A stretch of 64,000 bases of DNA from a virus: the IMG/VR virus record IMGVR_UViG_3300013137_000010, positions 1-64,000 of that record. One strand, given 5' to 3'. A program made the position numbers and the translations under genes. Each line of letters starts with the position of its first letter. Position 1 is the stretch's first letter. Of this stretch, positions 19,882 to 29,110 are shown in pieces. Under the pieces are notes generated by a model. It had not been told where the DNA came from and made no database searches. It saw only the letters and a program-made list of their open reading frames with translations.

Positions 19882-21318
19882 TTATTTTGATAATTTTCTT
19901 AAATCACTTTTCTGGTCGTTTCCTTTACCATAATCTATACTCAAATCTCTTCTCATAAGAGTTATTTCTTGTTCAGCACCACCGCTTCTTTTATATATGT
20001 AATTTATACCTGTAACAAACCAAAAACCAGATAATCTACTATTTATATTGTCTGAAGGTTTATTTGTATCTCCGGCATTAGAAGATGTTATATCTTGTGG
20101 ATTATATATATCTACTCTAATATTTTGAAACCTTTTAATTGAAAAATTGATTTGGTTTAACGTAACAATCATTTTCATTTTTTCCAGATTATCCAGATTA
20201 TACTTATTAAGAAGTTTAGCAAATGCATAATTCTTATGAACGTTGTTCTGTGTATCAATTTTACCTATGAAATATTCATCGTTTAAATTTCTAACAAATA
20301 AAGTGGATTCTTTATCGTAAAGTTGTCTTAGTGTACCCTCATCTTTTTGGAGCTTTTGATCATCATTCTCTAAATGTTTTAATAATTTCTTTATTACTGT
20401 GTTATCATTCTTATCATACCAAGTACCTTTCATTTTATAAAATTTCTGTAAATTGACTTTAAAAGATTGATTAACAAGATTGAATCTGCTAATGAATTTA
20501 TTTGACATTGTAAAAGCTCTATTATTAGTTAAATATTGTGTAACAACTTTTTCTTCCGCATCTTTATCTATTTTCTTATCTGTTATAGTTCCTTTCTCAT
20601 CTCTATTAAATTCATTCATTTCTTTTTGAACATCTACATAATTTAGATTATAATAAAAATCTATAAATGTCCATATAAAAGAATCTTCTGAAATATATGC
20701 ATATTTAGTTATATCTTTAATAAATTCTAAATTGGTATTACTAGGATTAATCCAGGTCATTTCGTCATCACTAGATTGAATGTTAGAGGCGAAACCAAGA
20801 CTCATTGATAATGCCAGATCTTGTAATATTTTATAACTTGTACCTCTATATGAATTATAATTTGTATAATGCAAATCGTCGACATTCAATATACCTTTGA
20901 TAAGATATTTAAATATGTCTTTATTTTCATCTGGTTTAACAGTTTCATATTCAGTAACCCTGAAATCCATTCTTATAGGCATAGTGATTTCTGAATTTGA
21001 TTTTATAAAAATACATAAAAGAGTATCATGATCAAAAGGATATAAATCGTTAAATAGTATACCTTTTGAATCATAACAGTATAATTCTATTTCTGGTAAA
21101 AACCTACTATTAAACAATTTCACATAAATAACATCTCTTGGATCAATAGATGTACCGTCTATCGGAGGTGAATTTATAGTATCATTAACTTTTTTAATAT
21201 ATAAATATGGAACATAATCAAATGATTGTACCATTAAATCTACGGATTCTTTGTCATTTAATTTAAAAGCGATTGGCTCTGTTTTAATTTTAGATGCTGA
21301 TATAACTTCAATTGCCAT
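19882..21318 (-). CDS. Putative baseplate hub protein
   Basis: C-terminal LSGFWFVTGINY...QEITLMRR typical of hub proteins; located between the gp53-like and gp5-like genes. Confidence 0.6.
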   Translation of the reverse strand: MAIEVISASKIKTEPIAFKLNDKESVDLMVQSFDYVPYLYIKKVNDTINSPPIDGTSIDPRDVIYVKLFNSRFLPEIELYCYDSKGILFNDLYPFDHDTLLCIFIKSNSEITMPIRMDFRVTEYETVKPDENKDIFKYLIKGILNVDDLHYTNYNSYRGTSYKILQDLALSMSLGFASNIQSSDDEMTWINPSNTNLEFIKDITKYAYISEDSFIWTFIDFYYNLNYVDVQKEMNEFNRDEKGTITDKKIDKDAEEKVVTQYLTNNRAFTMSNKFISRFNLVNQSFKVNLQKFYKMKGTWYDKNDNTVIKKLLKHLENDDQKLQKDEGTLRQLYDKESTLFVRNLNDEYFIGKIDTQNNVHKNYAFAKLLNKYNLDNLEKMKMIVTLNQINFSIKRFQNIRVDIYNPQDITSSNAGDTNKPSDNINSRLSGFWFVTGINYIYKRSGGAEQEITLMRRDLSIDYGKGNDQKSDLRKLSK

Positions 21319-21336
21319 TATTAATCTAAATGTTTT

Positions 21337-21825
21337 TTATTCAAAGGTATTTATAATTTGAACACTATTATCATTACCAACTTTAATTTGTTCTAATCCT
21401 GATGGTTTGATAGTAGGTGCGAGAAGTTTATTTTTATCTCCAGCTGTAACTTCTCTTTTTGGTTTAGATGCCTTCATTAGTTCTTGACGTTTAATTTCAT
21501 TCTGATCAGATAGTTCATCCCTAGTATATAAATTATATAAATAATTTACATCACAATAATAAATATATTGACCTTCTTTTACAGAGTATGGACTAATAAT
21601 ATTATTTAATGTCATTAATTCTTCAACATAATCGGGTACACCATATATATACTCAGATATTCTATCCAATCTCATTTCAAATTCTCTTGGAACAATATAA
21701 ACATTTAACGGTATGGTCTGATTATTAACGATATTTTTTTGAAATACATCAAAAAGAGTTTCTTGTTTAGGATCTCTTTTTAATCTACTGTTAGCAATAC
21801 TTGAATCAAATGAGTATATTTTCAT
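21337..21825 (-). CDS. Baseplate wedge protein, gp53/LysM-like
   Basis: YIVPREFEMRLDRISEYIYG...LMTLNNIISPYSVKEG. Confidence 0.7.
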   Translation of the reverse strand: MKIYSFDSSIANSRLKRDPKQETLFDVFQKNIVNNQTIPLNVYIVPREFEMRLDRISEYIYGVPDYVEELMTLNNIISPYSVKEGQYIYYCDVNYLYNLYTRDELSDQNEIKRQELMKASKPKREVTAGDKNKLLAPTIKPSGLEQIKVGNDNSVQIINTFE

Positions 21826-21847
21826 GTTTTAATCTATTTTTTTTTTA

Positions 21848-23440
21848 TTAAATTGGTCTACCATAAATATCGGTTTTAGTTTCCTGATCACTAGAATCTA
21901 GCGGTTCAGAATATGTCCTTCTATAAGTATTATTAAACATTCTCATCAATTCTTGTTTACCTAATGATCTTGAAAATTCGCAGTTAAAAGTTGCTGTTAT
22001 CCATTGAGGTTGATCGTTAAATGCTAATTCAGTACTAGTTTCAACATAACAACTTTTCACAATTATATGATTGGTTGATAACCAAGGTGAGTAAGGATTA
22101 CCTATAGTTAAGTGCCAAGGTGTAGAACTATATTTACCACCAACCATCAATTCCAATGTGCCTCTAGTTTGAAATCTGTATATGGATAGTGTACTGGTTA
22201 ATAATGTTTGTAAGAAGCCTTTGGTTATTCCAATAAGTCCTTTACCTGCATCACTTTTTGCACCACTGACTGCATTTTGAACATTGTCAGCAATATTATT
22301 TAATGTGCTATTTTTATTTTCTTCTGTTTTTTGTGAAGATTTAGATTCTTCTGCACTCTTTTTAGACTTTTCTACTACTTTTTCTATTTCTGTTCTTACG
22401 TCATTAAATAAATCTTTTAATCCTTCCCAAAAACTCTTCAAAACTTCTTGCATAAATTTCCACCAAGCAGCAGGACTATTAGCTTCACCACTATTTGCTA
22501 TTCTTGCTTTGTTTATTATCGGAGATTCATCATTCCAATAAAATAACATATTCGATGTACCCATTGCAAAAATATTATCTATTATATCTAGCATGGCGGA
22601 ACCAGGATCAACAGATCCTAATAATTTTTGTTCATATGTAGTTTTTAATTCAAATGTAAAATCAGATTGAATATTTTGACTAAATGGATCTCTATAAGGT
22701 GCTTCTTGTAACACATTTGGATCACCAACCGGTATATTACTTAATCCCCAATTATCTCCTTGTAATTCACCACTATAACTTTCAATAACTTCATCTACGC
22801 TATCTTGATTATTACCACCAGCTAATCCAGCTCTTTTGTAGAATTCAAAAAGAATACCTTGTGCAAAGTCTGGTATTGGAACCATAGCCGATATATTAAT
22901 ACCTCCAAAATTTCTTTGAACCAATTCATTCAATAACACATCAAATCTTTTGTTGGTTTTTGTCCAGGTTTCGTTAAAATTAATTTTACCGAAATTTTCA
23001 TCAGCCTTAACCCAACCTACAATTGTTGATATTGGTGATGTATTCATTTCTTCTAAATTCTCTGTAACAAATGAACCTTCAGGAAATCTTCTTAATATAG
23101 CTAATCTATTTATAGGATATACTCCTAATTCTCTTAGATAGGCTAGATCAGCTGCATTGATTCTTAATCCTGGACTACTTTTGAAATCATCCAATAATCT
23201 TAGATAAGGATTTCTTTCTCCTCTATTTCCAGTGTTTTCTCTCTTATATATGGAATCACCTAGGTATTGTTTAATTTCATTTGTATTTGTATTTTTCTTA
23301 TTCTTATACACAACATAATGATAATCATCACCTCTAACAACATTAGATGTATTATCCATGCTATTAGCATCTAAAATTTGGGTTACACTTTCTGCACCTG
23401 AACCATCAAAAAGAAAAGACATTTCAGAGTAATGAGCCAT
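21848..23440 (-). CDS. Hypothetical baseplate/tail-tube initiator-like protein
   Basis: First gene of the baseplate operon; C-terminal WHLTIGNP...QPQWITATF segment. Confidence 0.5.
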   Translation of the reverse strand: MAHYSEMSFLFDGSGAESVTQILDANSMDNTSNVVRGDDYHYVVYKNKKNTNTNEIKQYLGDSIYKRENTGNRGERNPYLRLLDDFKSSPGLRINAADLAYLRELGVYPINRLAILRRFPEGSFVTENLEEMNTSPISTIVGWVKADENFGKINFNETWTKTNKRFDVLLNELVQRNFGGINISAMVPIPDFAQGILFEFYKRAGLAGGNNQDSVDEVIESYSGELQGDNWGLSNIPVGDPNVLQEAPYRDPFSQNIQSDFTFELKTTYEQKLLGSVDPGSAMLDIIDNIFAMGTSNMLFYWNDESPIINKARIANSGEANSPAAWWKFMQEVLKSFWEGLKDLFNDVRTEIEKVVEKSKKSAEESKSSQKTEENKNSTLNNIADNVQNAVSGAKSDAGKGLIGITKGFLQTLLTSTLSIYRFQTRGTLELMVGGKYSSTPWHLTIGNPYSPWLSTNHIIVKSCYVETSTELAFNDQPQWITATFNCEFSRSLGKQELMRMFNNTYRRTYSEPLDSSDQETKTDIYGRPI

Positions 23441-23484
23441 TTTGAAATAATTTTTTATTTATATATAAAAAAATTATTTCTCTG

Positions 23485-23886
23485 TTAGTAGTCTCTTATT
23501 ATCTGAATAGCATCGAACAAAGAAATATTTGATAAAAGATTTTCGTAAAGTTTTTGATTATCTTTAAAATCCTCAAAAAAGAACAAGAGATTAAAATTTA
23601 TTTTTCCTATTAAATTTTCTTTTATTTGAAAAATATCATCAATATCTAAAGTATTTATTTTATTTAAATTGGGTATGTAATATACATCCTTATTCTTTCT
23701 AATAGTTTGTGTTATTTTAGTATAAATTATGAGATTAAAATATTCTCTCCATTCAGAAACATCTTCTAAACCATGATCATCTAACTGTTGTTTTATATCA
23801 ATAATGGTTTTGCTTCTTATTCTATTGATTTTTATGTACTTATCTAATTTTTTCCTATTTTTAACGAATACTATGTAGAAATCCAT
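23485..23886 (-). CDS. Hypothetical protein
   Basis: 133-aa ORF with an upstream TATATA motif. Confidence 0.7.
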   Translation of the reverse strand: MDFYIVFVKNRKKLDKYIKINRIRSKTIIDIKQQLDDHGLEDVSEWREYFNLIIYTKITQTIRKNKDVYYIPNLNKINTLDIDDIFQIKENLIGKINFNLLFFFEDFKDNQKLYENLLSNISLFDAIQIIRDY

Positions 23887-24089
23887 ATATTAAAAGATTA
23901 TATTTGAAATTATATATATTTGAAATTAAGTTTCCTACTAATAATAAAAACTTTTTATTTTTTATTTTCTAAATAATAAGCATTAGTTTGAAATATATGA
24001 AAATATAGATTATATATTTAAAACTTTTTGTTATCTTTTATTTATAATACATTATAGATAAAAGATTGTGCAAAAAATAATTAATTAGT

Positions 24090-25343
24090 ATGGCTAAAAT
24101 TCAAAAAACTTCTCAAAAAAAGTCTAATGAATTTAATTTTTCTAATATATCAAATCTAATTGATAATATTTCTAAAAAAGATATTATTTCAATAGAAGAT
24201 TTTGATAAAGAAAAAACTTTCATTTCAACCGGAATCCACGTATTGGACGCATTATTATCAAAAAGTATATTAAAAGGTGGAATTCCAAATAATAAAATTA
24301 CAATTATTGCTGGTCCAAAACAGACTGGTAAATCATTTATTTCATTGAATATAGCGAGAAATGCTCAAAAAATGGGATATAATATTGTTTGGATTGATAC
24401 AGAATATTCAATTGAAAAAACGGATTTTGATATGTACGGTATTGATACATCAAATCCTGATAAATTCATGCTAATCAGAACTAATATTGTAGAGAAAATT
24501 AAAATGTTTATGATGTCATTTCTGGATGCACTTCAAAAATTAAAAGATACAGGTGTTGATGTTTCAAAAACAATTTTCTTTATTGATTCTATTGGTATGT
24601 TATCTTCTGAAAAAGAAAAAGAAGATACGCTTAAATTAAATGTTAAGCAAGATATGACTCGTGCTAAACAGATTAAATCTCTTGTTAGACTTATTACAAA
24701 TGATTTAGGATATCTAAATATTCCTTTAGTAGCAACCAATCACGTTTACTTAACCCAAGATATGTTTCCACAAACTATTATGTCTGGTGGTGAAGGTTTA
24801 TATTATGCAGCTAGTGTAATTTTATTATTAAGTGATGCAAAATTGAAAACTGGAGAAGAAGATGAAATGGATCTCGGAAGATCAGGTTCAATTATTACAG
24901 CAAAATCAGCAAAGAATAGACTAGCAAAACCTAAGAAGGTTAAATTTGAAATTGATTACAGCAAAGGTATTAATCCTTATAAAGGTTTAGATCTTTTCTG
25001 TACACCAGAAAATTTCGATAAAGTAGGTATAGCTCAGGTGAAAAAAGTTATAGATAAGGATACTGGTGAAATAACCTATCAACCATCTAATAGATGGTTT
25101 GTAAAACATTTAGATACAACACTTGCTGAGAAACAACTTTTTAATAGAAAGGTGTTTAATTCTGATGTATTAAAATCTATGGAGCCAATTATTTATGAAT
25201 ATTTTAAATATCCCTCTTATGATGAATGCTTACGCGAATTGGAAGATATTGATATGAGGTTGAATGAAATAGAAGATAAAGATTCAGATATGTTGTCTTC
25301 TGATGAATTTAATCTTAGTTCTGACGATAAACTTTTTGATTAG
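24090..25343 (+). CDS. uvsX: RecA/UvsX recombinase
   Basis: ISTGIHVLDALLS, GPKQTGKS, IDTE, FIDSIGML, TNHVY and SGGEGLYYAAS. Confidence 0.92.
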   Translation: MAKIQKTSQKKSNEFNFSNISNLIDNISKKDIISIEDFDKEKTFISTGIHVLDALLSKSILKGGIPNNKITIIAGPKQTGKSFISLNIARNAQKMGYNIVWIDTEYSIEKTDFDMYGIDTSNPDKFMLIRTNIVEKIKMFMMSFLDALQKLKDTGVDVSKTIFFIDSIGMLSSEKEKEDTLKLNVKQDMTRAKQIKSLVRLITNDLGYLNIPLVATNHVYLTQDMFPQTIMSGGEGLYYAASVILLLSDAKLKTGEEDEMDLGRSGSIITAKSAKNRLAKPKKVKFEIDYSKGINPYKGLDLFCTPENFDKVGIAQVKKVIDKDTGEITYQPSNRWFVKHLDTTLAEKQLFNRKVFNSDVLKSMEPIIYEYFKYPSYDECLRELEDIDMRLNEIEDKDSDMLSSDEFNLSSDDKLFD

Positions 25344-25386
25344 TTTATTGTAACTTTTGTAAAAATATTTTATACAATAATTTCAT

Positions 25387-26109
25387 ATGGCAGAAGCAAT
25401 GAATACAAATATGGAAAAGCACTACTTTATCCATATATTAGATAATCCAGAGCAGTTTTCTAAGGTTGAACCATTTTTCTTTAGAAATTCTGATATACAG
25501 TTTATATACACAGTTATTAGAGATGAGTATATCAAAAGCGAAAGCCATATAATACCCAGTCCACAGCAAATTTATTCAATGGTTAAACTTGCTGATCAAG
25601 ATAATAAAATTAATGATAAAGTTATTAAGTTACTTCTTCAGTCAGATAATGCAGATATTAGCCAAGAATGGCTATCACCTAGATTTAAAGCGTGGAAAAT
25701 CAAAAATCAATTAAAAGGCGATGCGTTAAAGATGATCGATATGATTCGTGGAATAGATGAGATTGATTATGATGATGTTACAGAAATTGCACAAAAAACC
25801 AAAACTATGTTTAATAATGTGCTTTTAGTTGATGATGATGATCAAGATTTGGGTGAAGATTTTGATGATCCTGAATCACATAAACAACAAATAAGTAAAA
25901 ATAGTATTCCAACTGGTTGGTCTAGTATAGATTCTATATTAGGTGGTGGTTGGAGTAAATCAACATTAAATGTGATAATGGGAGAAACTAATGTTGGTAA
26001 GTGCTCAAAATCAGATACTCCTATAAGAATTAAAAGCAAAAAAACAGGTGAAATAAAGGAAATTACTATCGGTGATTTTTTTAATTTAATGAAAAATAAA
26101 AAATCCTAA
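25387..26109 (+). CDS. gp41: gp41/DnaB-like replicative helicase, N-terminal part plus 35-aa N-intein
   Basis: IPTGWSSIDSILGGG...GETNVGK Walker A is followed directly by intein block A, CSKSDTPIRI (Cys codon at 26002). Confidence 0.9.
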   Translation: MAEAMNTNMEKHYFIHILDNPEQFSKVEPFFFRNSDIQFIYTVIRDEYIKSESHIIPSPQQIYSMVKLADQDNKINDKVIKLLLQSDNADISQEWLSPRFKAWKIKNQLKGDALKMIDMIRGIDEIDYDDVTEIAQKTKTMFNNVLLVDDDDQDLGEDFDDPESHKQQISKNSIPTGWSSIDSILGGGWSKSTLNVIMGETNVGKCSKSDTPIRIKSKKTGEIKEITIGDFFNLMKNKKS

Positions 26110-26151
26110 ATTGGTCTCTCTTATTTTATATATAGAAATAAAAATATAGAT

Positions 26152-27270
26152 ATGAAATGTAAATTATGTGATAAAAAATTTGATTCTATTGTTGGTTTGT
26201 CTGTTCATTTATCTAAAGAACATAAAGAAGTATCTAAGAAAGATTATTATGATAAATATCTTAAAAAGGAAAACGAAGGTAAATGTTATTTTTGTGGAAA
26301 TGATGCAATATTTAAAGATATATCTAATGGATATCACAGAATATGTAAATCTAAAGAATGTTTAGGAAAAACAAGAGCAACTGGAACTCCAGAATTTTTA
26401 ATGTATAAATATGGATTATCTAAAAAAGATGCCTTACTATTAACAATTCAAAACGCAAAAGAACGAGGTGAAAAAATAAAAAAATCATTGGATCAAAGTT
26501 TTAGTAGAAATAAAAATTTTTTTAAGGAAAAATCTCATCAATGTATTGAATTTTGGTTAAAAAGAGGATATACAGAAGAGGAGGCAAAGAAAAAAGTCGA
26601 AGATATTTTTAATGATATACATCAAAAAACTTGGAATAAAAGAAGGAATAATCCAGAATTATATCAAGATATAAATACAACTCAAATAGGATATTGGACT
26701 AAAAAAGGTCTTTCCGAAGATGATGCAAAAGAAAAAATAAAGGAAAGACAAAGAACTTTTACATTAAAAGGATGTATTGATAAATATGGTGAGGAAGAAG
26801 GATTAAAAATTTTTAATAATAGGCAGGATAAATGGAGTGCTAAGGTTGAAGATTTATATAAAAATGGAAAATTTACAAGATTTACTAAAGAACCATATTC
26901 TAAAAATGAAATAGAATTATTTGATTACTTATCAAATAATTTAGATATAAAAGATAAAGTTCATTATGGTGATGATCAATTTTTCAGATATTTTTCAGAT
27001 TTAGGCAGAACTTTTTCTTACGATTTTGTTTTTGGTAAAAAAATAATTGAATTCAATGGAGATTATTGGCATTGTAATCCTAATTATTATAATTCAAATT
27101 ATTTTCATAAGTATCTTCAAATGTTTGCTTATGAAATTTGGGATAAAGATAAGTTAAGGATAAATTCTATTAAAAAAGTTGGATTTGATGTATTAATAAT
27201 ATGGGAAGACGATTTTAATAGAAAAAAACAACAAATTTTACAGCAATGTATAGATTTTTTGAAAAATTAA
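26152..27270 (+). CDS. Free-standing Vsr/EDxHD-like homing endonuclease between the split-intein halves
   Basis: N-terminal C2H2-like zinc motif; C-terminal YDF...IIEFNGDYWH...WDKD...LIIWE. Confidence 0.8.
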   Translation: MKCKLCDKKFDSIVGLSVHLSKEHKEVSKKDYYDKYLKKENEGKCYFCGNDAIFKDISNGYHRICKSKECLGKTRATGTPEFLMYKYGLSKKDALLLTIQNAKERGEKIKKSLDQSFSRNKNFFKEKSHQCIEFWLKRGYTEEEAKKKVEDIFNDIHQKTWNKRRNNPELYQDINTTQIGYWTKKGLSEDDAKEKIKERQRTFTLKGCIDKYGEEEGLKIFNNRQDKWSAKVEDLYKNGKFTRFTKEPYSKNEIELFDYLSNNLDIKDKVHYGDDQFFRYFSDLGRTFSYDFVFGKKIIEFNGDYWHCNPNYYNSNYFHKYLQMFAYEIWDKDKLRINSIKKVGFDVLIIWEDDFNRKKQQILQQCIDFLKN

Positions 27271-27279
27271 ATTAATAAA

Positions 27280-28356
27280 ATGATATTTGATAGAAAGTTT
27301 ATAGATACAATAGAATTAGATGAATGGGAAGTTGAGACTGATACTGGCTGGTCTGATATTAAAGCTATTGGTAAAACAATAGAGTATGATGAATGGTTGT
27401 TAAAAACCGATAAATTAGAACTAGTTTGTGCTGACACACATATAGTTTTTGATGAATATTTTAATGAAGTTTTCATTAAAGATTTAAAAATTGGTGATAG
27501 AATAATAACTAAAAATGGAATAGAATCAGTTCAAATATGTTATAATACTAACATAAAGTCTAATATGTATGATTTACAATTAGACGATATAAATCATAGA
27601 TTTTATACTAATGATATATTAAGTCATAATAGTATGTGGTTGCATAATATTGCAACTAATGCTGCAAATGCGGGTGCTAATGTTTTAGTAATAACATTAG
27701 AAATGGCAACAAGAAAGGTTATGAAAAGATTGGGTTCAATGCGTCTTAAGATTAATTCAGATGAATATGATGAAAAATCTAAAGACGCAGTTTTTATGAA
27801 GCAAAGATTAAATAATCTTAAATCTCAGTCTAGTGTTGGAAATTTATTTGATTCTCAACCTGGTAAAATTTTTGTTAAGAAATACAATACTAGTGATTGT
27901 ACTGTTACTGATATAGATAATTATGTTAAAAAATTTGAGGAAGTTAAAAGGATTAAAGTAGGAATGATTATTGTAGATTATATAAACATTATGGCAATTG
28001 AAAAAGGCTTTGATATTACTAATATGCTTTATTTAAAAGGAAAACATTTAGCAGAAGGTTTAAGAAAAATTGCAGATAAATATGAATGTGCAGTAGTAAC
28101 TGCAACACAAACAGACAAAGCAGTTTGGGGTGCATCCGATATTAAACTTGGTGACATACCTGAAAGTAAAGCTATTGCTGATACAGCTGACTCTGTGTGG
28201 GGTATTATTAGAAATCCAGAAATGAAAAAGAATAACATATATAGATTAAAAATTTTAAAACTTAGAGATGGTGAACATCACGAAGAGCAAGTTAGATTTG
28301 ATTTTAATACTAAATTTTTAACTATGGAAAATGATCAATTAGTTGGAACTAAATAA
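27280..28356 (+). CDS. gp41: 117-aa C-intein plus gp41/DnaB-like helicase C-terminal part
   Basis: CADTH (block B), MYDL (block F) and ILSHN|S (block G, ends 27630), then ITLEM, IVDYINIM, TATQ and ESKAIADTAD helicase motifs. Confidence 0.92.
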   Translation: MIFDRKFIDTIELDEWEVETDTGWSDIKAIGKTIEYDEWLLKTDKLELVCADTHIVFDEYFNEVFIKDLKIGDRIITKNGIESVQICYNTNIKSNMYDLQLDDINHRFYTNDILSHNSMWLHNIATNAANAGANVLVITLEMATRKVMKRLGSMRLKINSDEYDEKSKDAVFMKQRLNNLKSQSSVGNLFDSQPGKIFVKKYNTSDCTVTDIDNYVKKFEEVKRIKVGMIIVDYINIMAIEKGFDITNMLYLKGKHLAEGLRKIADKYECAVVTATQTDKAVWGASDIKLGDIPESKAIADTADSVWGIIRNPEMKKNNIYRLKILKLRDGEHHEEQVRFDFNTKFLTMENDQLVGTK

Positions 28357-28382
28357 TATCTAAAAATTAACTTATTTAATTA

Positions 28383-29090
28383 ATGAAGAAAAAGGATGTA
28401 GATGAAATAGAAGATAATTTAGATAATGATTTGGAAGATGAGTTAAATGATATTGATGAAGTTATTATAGAAGATGAATATGTAGATGAATCTTCAGATG
28501 AATCTTCAGATGAAATAGATATAGCTGAGATAGATGAAGAAATAGAAGGTGAGGATGAAGAAGATGAAGATGATGATGATGATATCATGTTTAAGTTTAA
28601 TACCAACAATCATAAACTTGAAGGTAAACATTCTCTTGCAAGAGATACTATTTTTAAAGGAAAATTAGAGGATAATGCAGAAGAATCAGAACATCTAATA
28701 CATCAGGATGACTTTAATATAAGTGACGGACTACCTATAGAGATGGGAACCACTTATGAATTTGAAAGTAAATATCACGAAGAATATGTAAATAGATTGA
28801 ATCTTCAAAAGGATGTTTATGATTTACTAAATGATAAGACTGATTTAGATTTTTCTTCTAATAGAAGAAAACCGAACAGGCAGGCATTTAATGACTATTA
28901 TAAAATGCTGCTAGATCATATCGGTAAAGATTATACCAAATCAGAAATCTTTGTGGAACTTTCATATTATTTTACAGATAATATTTTTAATATGTTTAAA
29001 CTACTTGATAAAGAATGTGCAACTCAAATAATAGTAGAGTTAAAGCAGAGTGGTTATTTAACTAATTTGAATAATATAAATTTTATATAG
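28383..29090 (+). CDS. Hypothetical protein with a very acidic N-terminus
   Basis: About 70-aa D/E tract followed by a globular region. Confidence 0.75.
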   Translation: MKKKDVDEIEDNLDNDLEDELNDIDEVIIEDEYVDESSDESSDEIDIAEIDEEIEGEDEEDEDDDDDIMFKFNTNNHKLEGKHSLARDTIFKGKLEDNAEESEHLIHQDDFNISDGLPIEMGTTYEFESKYHEEYVNRLNLQKDVYDLLNDKTDLDFSSNRRKPNRQAFNDYYKMLLDHIGKDYTKSEIFVELSYYFTDNIFNMFKLLDKECATQIIVELKQSGYLTNLNNINFI

Positions 29091-29110
29091 AAAAAATAAT
29101 TAAAAACGGT

